Shown: positions 35,013-43,895 of the stretch, piece after piece | How the letters are laid out: every line of letters starts with the position of its first letter | How positions within the stretch are numbered: the first letter of the stretch is position 1 | DNA from: Macrostomum lignano | Taxonomy: Eukaryota | NCBI GenBank assembly: GCA_002269645.1 | Contig: NIVC01000166.1 | Span: forward strand, 124,001-188,000 | Reading direction: 5' to 3' | Length of the DNA: 64,000 nucleotides | Position numbers and translations under genes: made by a program | Notes under the pieces: model-generated | The model's input: only the letters and a program-made list of their open reading frames with translations | The model's database searches: none | What the model was told of the DNA's origin: nothing

Positions 35013-36646
35013 TTAGTTAGCAGACATTAGCTGGTTCTCATAAAAAGAACCTAATATTTCTTCACCATCCTTATCAGCAATTATATAGGTTGTAGGATTT
35101 GTATTTAAAACTTTACTGATGGTAAATTTCTCACTTATCTTCCAATATCCTTTTCTTCCTTTTTCAAACTTATCTTTCCATTTATAGATATAAACAGAAT
35201 CACCAACTTTAAAATCATTAGTTTTCTTTTTTTCAAATTCTCCAAAAGTAACTTTAACGTTTTCAGGATTGTTATAAGCTTGTTGAGGAGTCATCTTTAT
35301 AGCCGAATGATATGAATTATTATAATCTTTCACGACGTCTGGTAATATTTTTACCCACTTTTGGTTTCCATTAAGACTAAACTGAAACCACAATTTCTTA
35401 CCTAAAGTTCGATTAAATCTTTCAATTAATGCATTTTTGCTTTCTCCATAAATAGAATAAATTTTATTAATATACTCCCCATTCGCGTCTTTTTTCCTTT
35501 CTTGTCCTTTTTCAAAATGATATAATTTATACATATGAGGATTGTAAAATTCTTTTCCCTCATCAACACACAAGCGTTCGCTTTTTTCATCAAGACTTCT
35601 AAAAGCAGCAGCAACATCCTCTCCTTTTTTGGATTTCAAAGGAACTGCCCACGCGTATCGAGTAAAACCATCCAATATGGTTAAGATATATTTATATCCA
35701 CTATCGATCGGCATCGACATTAAATCAGCATACCAAATTTCATTTTTTTTGAAGTTCATGATTTTTCTATAAAATTTAGGTTTTCGATATTCTTTATGAA
35801 GAATCTTTGCCTTATCAGAACTTAACCCACTGCCACTTAATAGTAAACACTCAACACAATTATTTCCATGTTGATTGTAATTAATTCCCAAACCAAATTT
35901 AACTTTAGACTGCAGAATCTTTTTAACCATCCACCTAGTTAATCTTTGGCCTACTGACAATCCTTGTAAGTTATCTAATCCTTGAATCATTTTTTGATCG
36001 GCTTCATGTTTTAATCTTAATGCTTCCTCGGGTGAGTTCTTATCAGCATCTCTGTATGCTAAGTCATGATAGTATGCTAACCAATCAATACCGTTAATGG
36101 GAATTGAATCAGCTTTTGGAGTGTCATCAGGATTTAATCGGAGATCGAGTCGAGTCAACCCGGCCTTTATACCTTTGCTTTCACAAAGGAGTAGACTGTG
36201 TCTTAAGCTATCATAAGGATTGACTAAGTCCCTCAAGCCCACCAGCGTACAGTCGTTGCATCTCAACCATACTCAAGTCATACGAGGTTAGGTTTTCGAT
36301 TCACTCTTGTCCATATATATCTTCAAGCTTGTTACCGTTGGGAACAGGAGTTACCTGTGTTCCTTCAGAAGATTTCTCAACTGAAGTGGTACTTGAAGCT
36401 TTAGGAGATTGAGTGAGCGGCCGGTGTTGCCACTAATAGTGACTAGCAGTAGGTTTGCTTCTACCACTCGGGCACAGCTCGAGCTCCACCCGTGAAATTA
36501 TGCGATGGCAGGTGTAATTCATTTGTATACCTTCCAGTAGTAAAAACGCTTGGTAAGCTTGTTAATCCTTTTTGTAAGTCTAAAAATCCTCCTTCAAATA
36601 CTAATTGGTCGAACCTACGGTTCGTGAACATCGTTCGGTTGCTCAT
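35013..36646 (-). CDS. PLA2 (parvovirus/adintovirus-type) fused in frame to rve integrase, interrupted by a group I intron
   Basis: Exon 1 (36646-36488) ends ELHLPSHNFTG. Exon 2 continues TRLDLRLNPD…PINGIDWLAYYHDLAY (PLA2 HD motif), then integrase D-D-E (WYADL, VDEGKEF, ERFNRTL) and a Polinton-type C-terminal domain. Confidence 0.85.
36156..36487 (-). ncRNA. Group I self-splicing intron, IC1-like (~323-332 nt; 3' splice site ambiguous between 36165, 36164 and 36156)
   Basis: P1 CGGGU/GCCCG with U.G at the 5' splice site; P3 CACCGGC/GCUGGUG; P4 UCACUC/GAGUGA; full P5abc (P5a CUUCAAG/CUUGAAG, A-rich bulge, GAAA-capped P5b, P5c); P6 AUC/GAU; P7 A(C)GACUGU/ACAGUCU; J8/7 AAGAC; P9 CCUUUGU-GAAA-GCAAAGG. 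Confidence 0.9.
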
Positions 36647-37130
36647 TTTTAATCTTTGAAAAACACTTTTCTATCATTTTAATAATTTCCAAATATTGAT
36701 CACCATATAAAAAATTTAAAGCAAATTCCCCAGTTAACAAGGTAACTCCATTATCAAATACCTTTTGTACGGGGTTTTTAGTAGTATTATTAATGCAAAT
36801 ATAATATAAATCAAATTCGGGATTAACATATTTAAATTCTAATAACTTTTGAATATTTCTAAATCGACTTGATGAATTATCTGTATTATCAGAAGATTTT
36901 AATTCTAACGCAATTTTTCTTTCGGTATGAATTAAATCAATTTTGTTTATTTTTTCAAAACCAAAATGTTCAATAGCTAATAATTCATAAAGATATCCAA
37001 GTCTCATTTGAATTGTTTTAATACGGTTTGCAATTATTAATTCATCTTGAAATATCTTATTTAGTATTCTGTCAGAACCAGCCTTATCATAAATAGGTTT
37101 ACAAAGACAATCTTTTATCGTATTTTCCAT
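36615..37130 (-). CDS. PD-(D/E)XK restriction-endonuclease-like protein (171 aa)
   Basis: LGYLYE…KIDL…ALELKSSDNTDNSSS…KL resembles the Eco47II/Sau96I-type pattern D…E-x-K-x-x-x-N-T-x-N-S-S-S. Recognised by eye. Confidence 0.65.
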   Translation of the reverse strand: MENTIKDCLCKPIYDKAGSDRILNKIFQDELIIANRIKTIQMRLGYLYELLAIEHFGFEKINKIDLIHTERKIALELKSSDNTDNSSSRFRNIQKLLEFKYVNPEFDLYYICINNTTKNPVQKVFDNGVTLLTGEFALNFLYGDQYLEIIKMIEKCFSKIKNEQPNDVHEP

Positions 37131-37157
37131 TTTATAAAAAATAAATTTAACAATTAA

Positions 37158-37829
37158 TTAAACTCCTGTATGTCCAGCAGCTTTCGCAGCAGCTAAAACT
37201 AGTTTTCGCGGAGTTTTAAATCCTTCTCCAACAGCCGGTTTGTTATTTATAGAACCAACAATTCTTTTATACAACCCAGTATTTTTAACACCTCTTGTTC
37301 CTAACTCATCATAAAAATTTTTTGCACTTACTAATTCATCTCTAGTATAGAAATCAGGGTCAAATTTTACCTTCGGGTTCATAACAATATTAAATGCTCC
37401 ACCCAATTCTCTTAATAGCTCTTCCCGATTTTTATCAACTCCACCAATTCGATAATTATTATTACCTAAATCTGTCACAGCAATACTAGGTGGCAAATCT
37501 CTCCTAAATTCCTCAACTCTACCCAATTCTGCACGTCTAATCTCATCAACTCTACTTACCGCTTGAGCAGCTCCATAAGTAGGCGGCTCATCTAAAATTT
37601 CATCCTCTTTTGGTTCGGTATTCTTAGCAATTTTTTCCAGAAGCTCTTTATCTGTTTTTTCTAGTTCACTAATTTTCCCCGTAATAGGATTAACAAAAGG
37701 AGCAGCAAATCTTTCACCCGCTAATTGTATTCCTAACTTTCTTTTTTGTAAATTTCTAACAAAATCAGAATATCTTTGCTTCTCTTTATAAATCGCTAGC
37801 TCTCCATCAACGTCCATAAATTGACTCAT
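37158..37829 (-). CDS. Conserved Polinton-type hypothetical protein (223 aa)
   Basis: N-terminal helical segment with NPITGKI, reminiscent of the F.PIT..L Polinton proteins. Confidence 0.55.
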   Translation of the reverse strand: MSQFMDVDGELAIYKEKQRYSDFVRNLQKRKLGIQLAGERFAAPFVNPITGKISELEKTDKELLEKIAKNTEPKEDEILDEPPTYGAAQAVSRVDEIRRAELGRVEEFRRDLPPSIAVTDLGNNNYRIGGVDKNREELLRELGGAFNIVMNPKVKFDPDFYTRDELVSAKNFYDELGTRGVKNTGLYKRIVGSINNKPAVGEGFKTPRKLVLAAAKAAGHTGV

Positions 37830-37863
37830 TTTTTAACATAAAAAACTTTTTTAACTTAAAAAA

Positions 37864-39339
37864 ATGGCTGAAACAAAAACTATATGGAGTGATAAATTTC
37901 ATTTCAAAAAGCACCGTCAGTATATTAATGAGGTTAGGGCAAGAGATTTAAATTTTACTCTACCAACAAGTGATAATTCAAATAACTTTACTACCGGAAC
38001 GGTAACTTTTGACATCGGTGCAACCAACACTATATTGGATATGAAAAATGCGTTTTTCCGTGTTAGATGGTTGTATACCAGAAATGATGGAACTGCTCTT
38101 GCTGCCGGTGATATCGCAGATCGTTCTGGAATAATAATAGAAAATGATTGGTTTTATAAATGTTTTTCCCAAGCACAACTATCAGTTAATGGAGCCGAGG
38201 TTGAGACAGCATCAAACCCCGCAGAGATTAATGGAGTTTTGAAACATTTAAATTATACTTATTTATCAAAACAAGTTGGTGATAATGTTGGGTGGATGCC
38301 TGATAAGGGTAATGGACAAGCAGTAGTTTTCCCTAATGTACAAAACGCAGCAGCTTGTGCAGATGCCGCAACTCTTGTTGCTTATCTTAATACCAATATA
38401 GTTCCAGTTGTAACCACCATGACTAATACAAAAGATATTAATACAGGTTTTATAGATCGTCAGAATAAATTCCCAGTCGCGGTTTTAACCACAGCAACAG
38501 CATATGAGCAGGACTTCTCAATCTTCCCGCTATTTGGGTTCTTCTCACCAAATCGGGTATGGAAAGGATTAAAATTTGGGATACAGTTGCAAATATCTGG
38601 TGGATATCAGCCTAGGATACTTTATGGAACCTCAATTTCAACCGATATAGCAGTTCGTATAGATTCAATTCAATTAGTTGTACCAACTCTTGAGGTAACA
38701 GCCCCACTTTTAAAACACATCGATAATCAGTTAACGCACGATCAGGATATATTTTATTTGAATCGTCGACATTTTATGCGAACCATTAATAATAATCAGG
38801 ATTCATTCCAGTGGCAGATAATTACATCAAAACGTCGGGTGAGATATATTTTTGTTTGGTTTAAAATAACAAACAGAAGGAGTAAAAGAGCAAATGGGGA
38901 TTTATATTGGCTTCAATCCGGTGCCATAGCAGAACAAGCAGCCACCGCATCAGACAATGCGGCTTCAGCTATTAACGAGTTTAATGTTCAGAATATCCGC
39001 CTGCAGGTTGATGATCAATATTATCCGGTTAAAGACCCCCTTAATCTAAATATAGCAAATAATAATGTTAATGATTTTATAAAATATTATCAAGATTATG
39101 TCAAAAATGAAGCGTATGCAGTCCCTCAGTACACACCCACAGAATTTCTAAACATTCATCCAGTGGTTGTTTATGATCTAACGGCACAGAAAGAAAACGT
39201 AGCCAATGTTGGACTTAATTACATGTTAGAGATTAATAAAACCGGCAATCAGGCAATCGACGCCCACGTATTGTTTCTAGAGGAATATATGTCAATTGCT
39301 AAAGCTGATGGCACGATTGTTCGTGACGCCCCGCTGTAA
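37864..39339 (+). CDS. Major capsid protein (double jelly-roll, Polinton PY type), 491 aa
   Basis: Size, beta-rich composition, motifs LSVNGAEVE, RYIFVWF, IRLQVDDQYYP and HPVVVYDLTAQ, and position before the ATPase. Confidence 0.8.
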   Translation: MAETKTIWSDKFHFKKHRQYINEVRARDLNFTLPTSDNSNNFTTGTVTFDIGATNTILDMKNAFFRVRWLYTRNDGTALAAGDIADRSGIIIENDWFYKCFSQAQLSVNGAEVETASNPAEINGVLKHLNYTYLSKQVGDNVGWMPDKGNGQAVVFPNVQNAAACADAATLVAYLNTNIVPVVTTMTNTKDINTGFIDRQNKFPVAVLTTATAYEQDFSIFPLFGFFSPNRVWKGLKFGIQLQISGGYQPRILYGTSISTDIAVRIDSIQLVVPTLEVTAPLLKHIDNQLTHDQDIFYLNRRHFMRTINNNQDSFQWQIITSKRRVRYIFVWFKITNRRSKRANGDLYWLQSGAIAEQAATASDNAASAINEFNVQNIRLQVDDQYYPVKDPLNLNIANNNVNDFIKYYQDYVKNEAYAVPQYTPTEFLNIHPVVVYDLTAQKENVANVGLNYMLEINKTGNQAIDAHVLFLEEYMSIAKADGTIVRDAPL

Positions 39340-39398
39340 GCGGTGCAGGTCTCCGACCATCGCCCCGTTGTAAAATTAGTTAAATTTTTTCTTTAAAA

Positions 39399-40154
39399 AT
39401 GGTAAAAGCAAAACACGATAAAATATTTCCAAATGATCCTTTTCTTTGTTTAGTAATCGGAGGATCAGGTAAAGGAAAAACACACTTTGTTTACGATTTA
39501 TTAACAACAGATGGAATGCTAGACTATAATAATTTAATAATTTATACTAACAAACCTAGAATAAAATATTATGAATTTCTTAAACATGGATTAAAAAACA
39601 AATTAAAAAAAGATATTATGTTTAGAATGTTAAGAGCATATGAGCAATATGAGGACGATGATGAACCAAGATTTACCCTCGACGACATTGAGGATTTATG
39701 TAAAACAACCGCAAAAGAACCGGAAAACACCACCGAGAGAGCCCCAACTGTTAGAGTATCAACCCGATTATCCTATGATCAAATTCCAAAACATGATAAA
39801 ACACTAATTATTTTTGATGATTGTATTAATGATGGTGATCAAGAATTGCAAAAGGAAATTTTTGTTAGTGGTAGAGGAGATGGAATTGGAGCTTTTTATC
39901 TAACACAGTCCTTTAGAGATTTAGAATCGATTATAAAAAAGAATGCTAGCTGTTGTGTAATGTTTGATTTAGATAGCTATGATTTACAAAATATACACGC
40001 TAGATTTAATCCGGGGTTGGATATAAAACCATTTAAAAGTATGTGTAAAAAAATTTGGGATGATAGCCAATACAAACATATTTATATCAATCCGAGGTTA
40101 GAAAGGAAACATAGAATTTTAAAAGATCTTAACGAGGATAACGAGGAGGAATAA
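39399..40154 (+). CDS. A32/FtsK-like genome packaging ATPase
   Basis: Walker A GGSGKGKT, Walker B LIIFDD, and GR…YLTQS. Confidence 0.92.
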   Translation: MVKAKHDKIFPNDPFLCLVIGGSGKGKTHFVYDLLTTDGMLDYNNLIIYTNKPRIKYYEFLKHGLKNKLKKDIMFRMLRAYEQYEDDDEPRFTLDDIEDLCKTTAKEPENTTERAPTVRVSTRLSYDQIPKHDKTLIIFDDCINDGDQELQKEIFVSGRGDGIGAFYLTQSFRDLESIIKKNASCCVMFDLDSYDLQNIHARFNPGLDIKPFKSMCKKIWDDSQYKHIYINPRLERKHRILKDLNEDNEEE

Positions 40155-40200
40155 TCGTTCCTTCGGAACGCATGCTTCGCATGATTCTTCCACTATAAAA

Positions 40201-40986
40201 ATGGCTACAAATTTAGACACTATAAAACAATTGGTAGATCGAACTAATTCAAAATATAGTACAACCTTACAGTTTATAATGACAACCAGTGAACAACGTA
40301 TTCAATTGCGCGATCCGTTACAACTCGATCAAAGCCTAAGTTATCAAATAGGTTTGATATTATTTTCAGTTTTTAACATGCCTCAATTAATTAATGCAAC
40401 AAATAATCAATTTAGATATTCTAAAGATTCCGGAGCCAATTGGACAACATTTAGCGTTAACCCAGGAGCATATTCTTATACCGATTTGAATGCTTATATA
40501 GAAGGAGAATTAACAGCTAATGGAGATTGGGTAGCAGGCGCGATTGTTATAGGGGTTGATTTACCATCTGGAAGATTCACACTATCACTAGGATCCGGAT
40601 ATCAGGTTGATTTCACAATTGCAAATTCACTCAGAACCATACTCGGATTTAATTCCCGAATCGTTACCACATCAAGCACCGGCGATACAGTGGGAAATAT
40701 TGAGGGTGGAGTTAACACAATTAATATAACAACCGACATATCAAATGGTGGTTATATAACAGACGATAATGGAGTTTTGGTTCAACGTGGAATTATTTAT
40801 TCAATCCCATTTCTTGCTGTTCCAATTGGAGAGAAAATGATTGTTTCACCCCAAACCCCTATATATTATCCTTTAAATCAATATAGTGTTCAATCAATTT
40901 ATATTAGGATTGTAGATGAAAGCGATAGATTAATAAGTTTTGGCGGACAGTCAATAACGGTAATTTTACGGATAAAACAGGTTTAA
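40201..40986 (+). CDS. Minor capsid (penton) protein
   Basis: C-terminal PIYYPLN…SIYIRIVDE.DRLISFGG…LRIK pattern typical of Polinton pentons. Confidence 0.75.
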   Translation: MATNLDTIKQLVDRTNSKYSTTLQFIMTTSEQRIQLRDPLQLDQSLSYQIGLILFSVFNMPQLINATNNQFRYSKDSGANWTTFSVNPGAYSYTDLNAYIEGELTANGDWVAGAIVIGVDLPSGRFTLSLGSGYQVDFTIANSLRTILGFNSRIVTTSSTGDTVGNIEGGVNTINITTDISNGGYITDDNGVLVQRGIIYSIPFLAVPIGEKMIVSPQTPIYYPLNQYSVQSIYIRIVDESDRLISFGGQSITVILRIKQV

Positions 40987-40996
40987 CATTGTAAAA

Positions 40997-41170
40997 ATGG
41001 GTAACAATAATAGTTTAAAAAAACAATCAGATAAAGTTCAAAATGCAAAGGATAATTATGAAATCGAACTAACAAAATTGAAACAACTGCAAGCAGAAAA
41101 AATACGAAAGGAGTTGTTAAAATCCAAACCTACGAAACTAACCAAAACCAAGAGTTTTTCAGGAACATAA
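40997..41170 (+). CDS. 57-aa basic protein with N-myristoylation consensus (MGNNNS), absent from the ORF track
   Basis: TAAAAATG start; fills the gap exactly between penton and protease. Confidence 0.6.
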   Translation: MGNNNSLKKQSDKVQNAKDNYEIELTKLKQLQAEKIRKELLKSKPTKLTKTKSFSGT

Positions 41171-41171
41171 A

Positions 41172-41612
41172 ATGACTTTGAATTGGCAGTTATTCAAACA
41201 AAGATATGGAACTGACACAACAAGCAATATTGAATTAACAAATTGGGCGCGGCAGTTAAAAATAAAACCATTCAGATGTGTTATGCGAGATGAGATCAAA
41301 GACTTACCACAATATGGATCTTACATTGTCAATATAGAAACAACAAAAAAAAATGGTGTTCATTGGTCAGCTCTTTATTCCAAACCAAAACTTGTTTATT
41401 TTTTTGATTCATACGCGCTTCCTCCGTTACAGGAAATAAAAGACAAATTTAATCATACTAAAAATCGTTTATGTGGAGATCACCACGAACAATTTCAAAC
41501 ATTTGATAAAAGTTATTGCGGGCAAGCAGCGTTGTATTTTTTATATAAAATTAATAATTCTAAGGAAAGACCCGAAGACTTTAAGAATATCATACAAAGC
41601 ATGCGTGCCTAA
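41172..41612 (+). CDS. Adenain/Ulp1-like cysteine maturation protease
   Basis: GVHWSAL (His), YFFDSY (Asp), Q…SYCGQ (Gln/Cys). Confidence 0.92.
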   Translation: MTLNWQLFKQRYGTDTTSNIELTNWARQLKIKPFRCVMRDEIKDLPQYGSYIVNIETTKKNGVHWSALYSKPKLVYFFDSYALPPLQEIKDKFNHTKNRLCGDHHEQFQTFDKSYCGQAALYFLYKINNSKERPEDFKNIIQSMRA

Positions 41613-41679
41613 GGCACGATCGGACGGAGTCCGCGAACCTTCGGTTCGATTTTATACTCTATAAAATAGACAGTAAAAA

Positions 41680-43551
41680 ATGATATTTTCTGGAACACCC
41701 TCATGGAACGGAACAACAAGTACTGGTGGTGGTACATCTGGTGGAATAAGTGTTACATTCGGAGATAACCGATATATTAATGAAGATGAAGGTTATAAAA
41801 AAACTGAAATTGATAATAAACTAAATTTAAAAAGAAATGTTGCAGATTCCTATACCAAAACTGAAATCGATACTTCATTAAATTTGAAAAGAGATATTAG
41901 TGATTCATATACAAAAACAGAAGTTGATAATGGGTTAAATTTAAAAAGAGATATAACCGATTCTTATTCTCGAACTGATTCTGATTCGCGTTATGTTCAA
42001 ACCACCGCAACCGGAACCTTGGATATGGACAACAATCGAATTATAAATGTTGCAATTACAACGAATAACTCGGTAGTTGATAAGAACTATGTCGATAATC
42101 AGGTGGGTAGTCGTAACGGCAATATCAATATGAATAATTTTAAATTAACAAATTTATTATTTGGAACAGAGGCCACAGACTCGGTAAATCTCGGGCAGGT
42201 CAACGCTCGAGCTAATGTAACCGACACCGATATTTTTACCACGCCGCTTACATCAAATACTTCAAATCCAGATGTTGTTCTTACAGCATCCGAAAATAAC
42301 AACGATGCTTTTCGAGTTGGAGATGGAAGCCTTGCGACACAATGGTCACCAAATACCGGAACCACAACCAATATGGAAATTCAATTTGAATTTTTAGGTT
42401 ATAATCGAAGAATAAATGAATTAAGAATTACAGGCAGCGCAACAATTGATATTCCATCGGGATGGTCGGTTCGTGCAAAAAATGTTGCTACCGATGCATG
42501 GACGGTATTACGAACGTCGGGATCCCCAATTCAAGCAACTTCATTAGCATTAACTAATTCAACGGTTAATTTTTGGAAATATTATAGCGTTTTATTCCCA
42601 ACTGGTGGAACAGTTACACAGCCTATCGAGGTTCGTCTAATACAATTATTTGAACACCGAGTTGAAATTCAAGATCTTAATTGGCCGAATCAAATACTTT
42701 CTGCAACCCCGCGAGCGTACGTAGATCAGGTAGCAACCCCAACATCAAATGGCAGAGTGTCTGCTGGTGATAAAAATAAATTGGATAACATTCCCGCGAT
42801 TGATGCTGCATTATTCGAAGCAGTAATTTGCAATTGGACTGGATATCAAAATCCAACAACCGCCGGAGATATATATCCAGTTGGTTCTTTAATTGGCGAC
42901 GCTTCTTATATCGATTATCAAAATGGTGCTAGAATTACTCGTGAAACTGCTGGAGTAAGTGGTGCATTACAATTCAATTTCACACATTTTCAAAATATAT
43001 CTGTGTCTTTCTTTTTCAGAGTTGCTAATGCTACAGGAGGTGGTGCAGATGCGGTTTGGTTTTATGCATATTGTCACGAACGACCAACAAGCGAAAGCGG
43101 GACGGGTTTAGCAACAGACGCTGGATTGATAGTTTTTGCAAGTGAGTGGCATGATAAATTTGGCCTAGTTTGGAGTTCTAAAAAATCAGACGGATCAACC
43201 CGCGCGGATGTTAATACTGACGCGGATCAAACTGTAGACTATGCAAATATTGATAATGGTGATTGGCATTTATTTGAAATTAATATTTTAAATCAAAGGG
43301 TTTGGTATAGATTACATTCATACAATGTCTCAGCCGATTCTTATACCCTCATTGGGCAGAACGTTTTCACATATGATAGTGGAAATTGGGGAACTTTAGA
43401 TAAATCTGGAACTCTTATGGGTTTTGGTGCTCGAACTGGAGGATCGGATGCTGCACATTTTATTCGTGGTGCCGCCGTTTGTGGTAGCACATCATTTGGT
43501 TATGTTTTTCCATCTACCGCATATTTGGAAAAACCGCCTGTAGCAATTTAG
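41680..43551 (+). CDS. Fibre/spike-like receptor-binding protein (623 aa)
   Basis: YTKTE(I/V)D..LNLKR repeats x3-4 and MDNNRI/MNNFKL shaft-like repeats, then two beta-rich modules resembling discoidin-like and ConA-lectin-like folds. Confidence 0.6.
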   Translation: MIFSGTPSWNGTTSTGGGTSGGISVTFGDNRYINEDEGYKKTEIDNKLNLKRNVADSYTKTEIDTSLNLKRDISDSYTKTEVDNGLNLKRDITDSYSRTDSDSRYVQTTATGTLDMDNNRIINVAITTNNSVVDKNYVDNQVGSRNGNINMNNFKLTNLLFGTEATDSVNLGQVNARANVTDTDIFTTPLTSNTSNPDVVLTASENNNDAFRVGDGSLATQWSPNTGTTTNMEIQFEFLGYNRRINELRITGSATIDIPSGWSVRAKNVATDAWTVLRTSGSPIQATSLALTNSTVNFWKYYSVLFPTGGTVTQPIEVRLIQLFEHRVEIQDLNWPNQILSATPRAYVDQVATPTSNGRVSAGDKNKLDNIPAIDAALFEAVICNWTGYQNPTTAGDIYPVGSLIGDASYIDYQNGARITRETAGVSGALQFNFTHFQNISVSFFFRVANATGGGADAVWFYAYCHERPTSESGTGLATDAGLIVFASEWHDKFGLVWSSKKSDGSTRADVNTDADQTVDYANIDNGDWHLFEINILNQRVWYRLHSYNVSADSYTLIGQNVFTYDSGNWGTLDKSGTLMGFGARTGGSDAAHFIRGAAVCGSTSFGYVFPSTAYLEKPPVAI

Positions 43552-43568
43552 AAATATTTCTATATAAA

Positions 43569-43895
43569 ATGGCTTTTAGTAGAACCCCATCGATGCGACA
43601 AAATAATGTTATTATTCCAATTCCTAAACAAGAATCAAATATAAAAACTTTTAAATCTCATACGCGAATTTTATTTAGTGGAGTGAATGTTCAGGATAAT
43701 AAGAAACTTCAAGAATTAATTAAATTATTAAAAAATCATATTATCCTTCAAGAGTTTTGGAAAATTGGATTTAAATGGGAGAAAAAAGAAAGAATAACTC
43801 CAATACAATACCTATTAAGCTCAGGACAAATCCCCAAAGAGCGCGGGGAATTCATTTTGGTGCTATTAAAAATAGACGAGAATGTCGGTGTCTGA
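43569..43895 (+). CDS. Viral hypothetical protein (108 aa)
   Basis: ORF with TAAAATG context. Confidence 0.55.
   Translation: MAFSRTPSMRQNNVIIPIPKQESNIKTFKSHTRILFSGVNVQDNKKLQELIKLLKNHIILQEFWKIGFKWEKKERITPIQYLLSSGQIPKERGEFILVLLKIDENVGV

Noticed and set aside
36165-36266. N-terminus MRCNDCTLVGL… of the 417-aa ORF as real protein
   Set aside because: It lies within the group I intron core (P7-P9). The genuine PLA2 N-terminus is the exon at 36646-36488.
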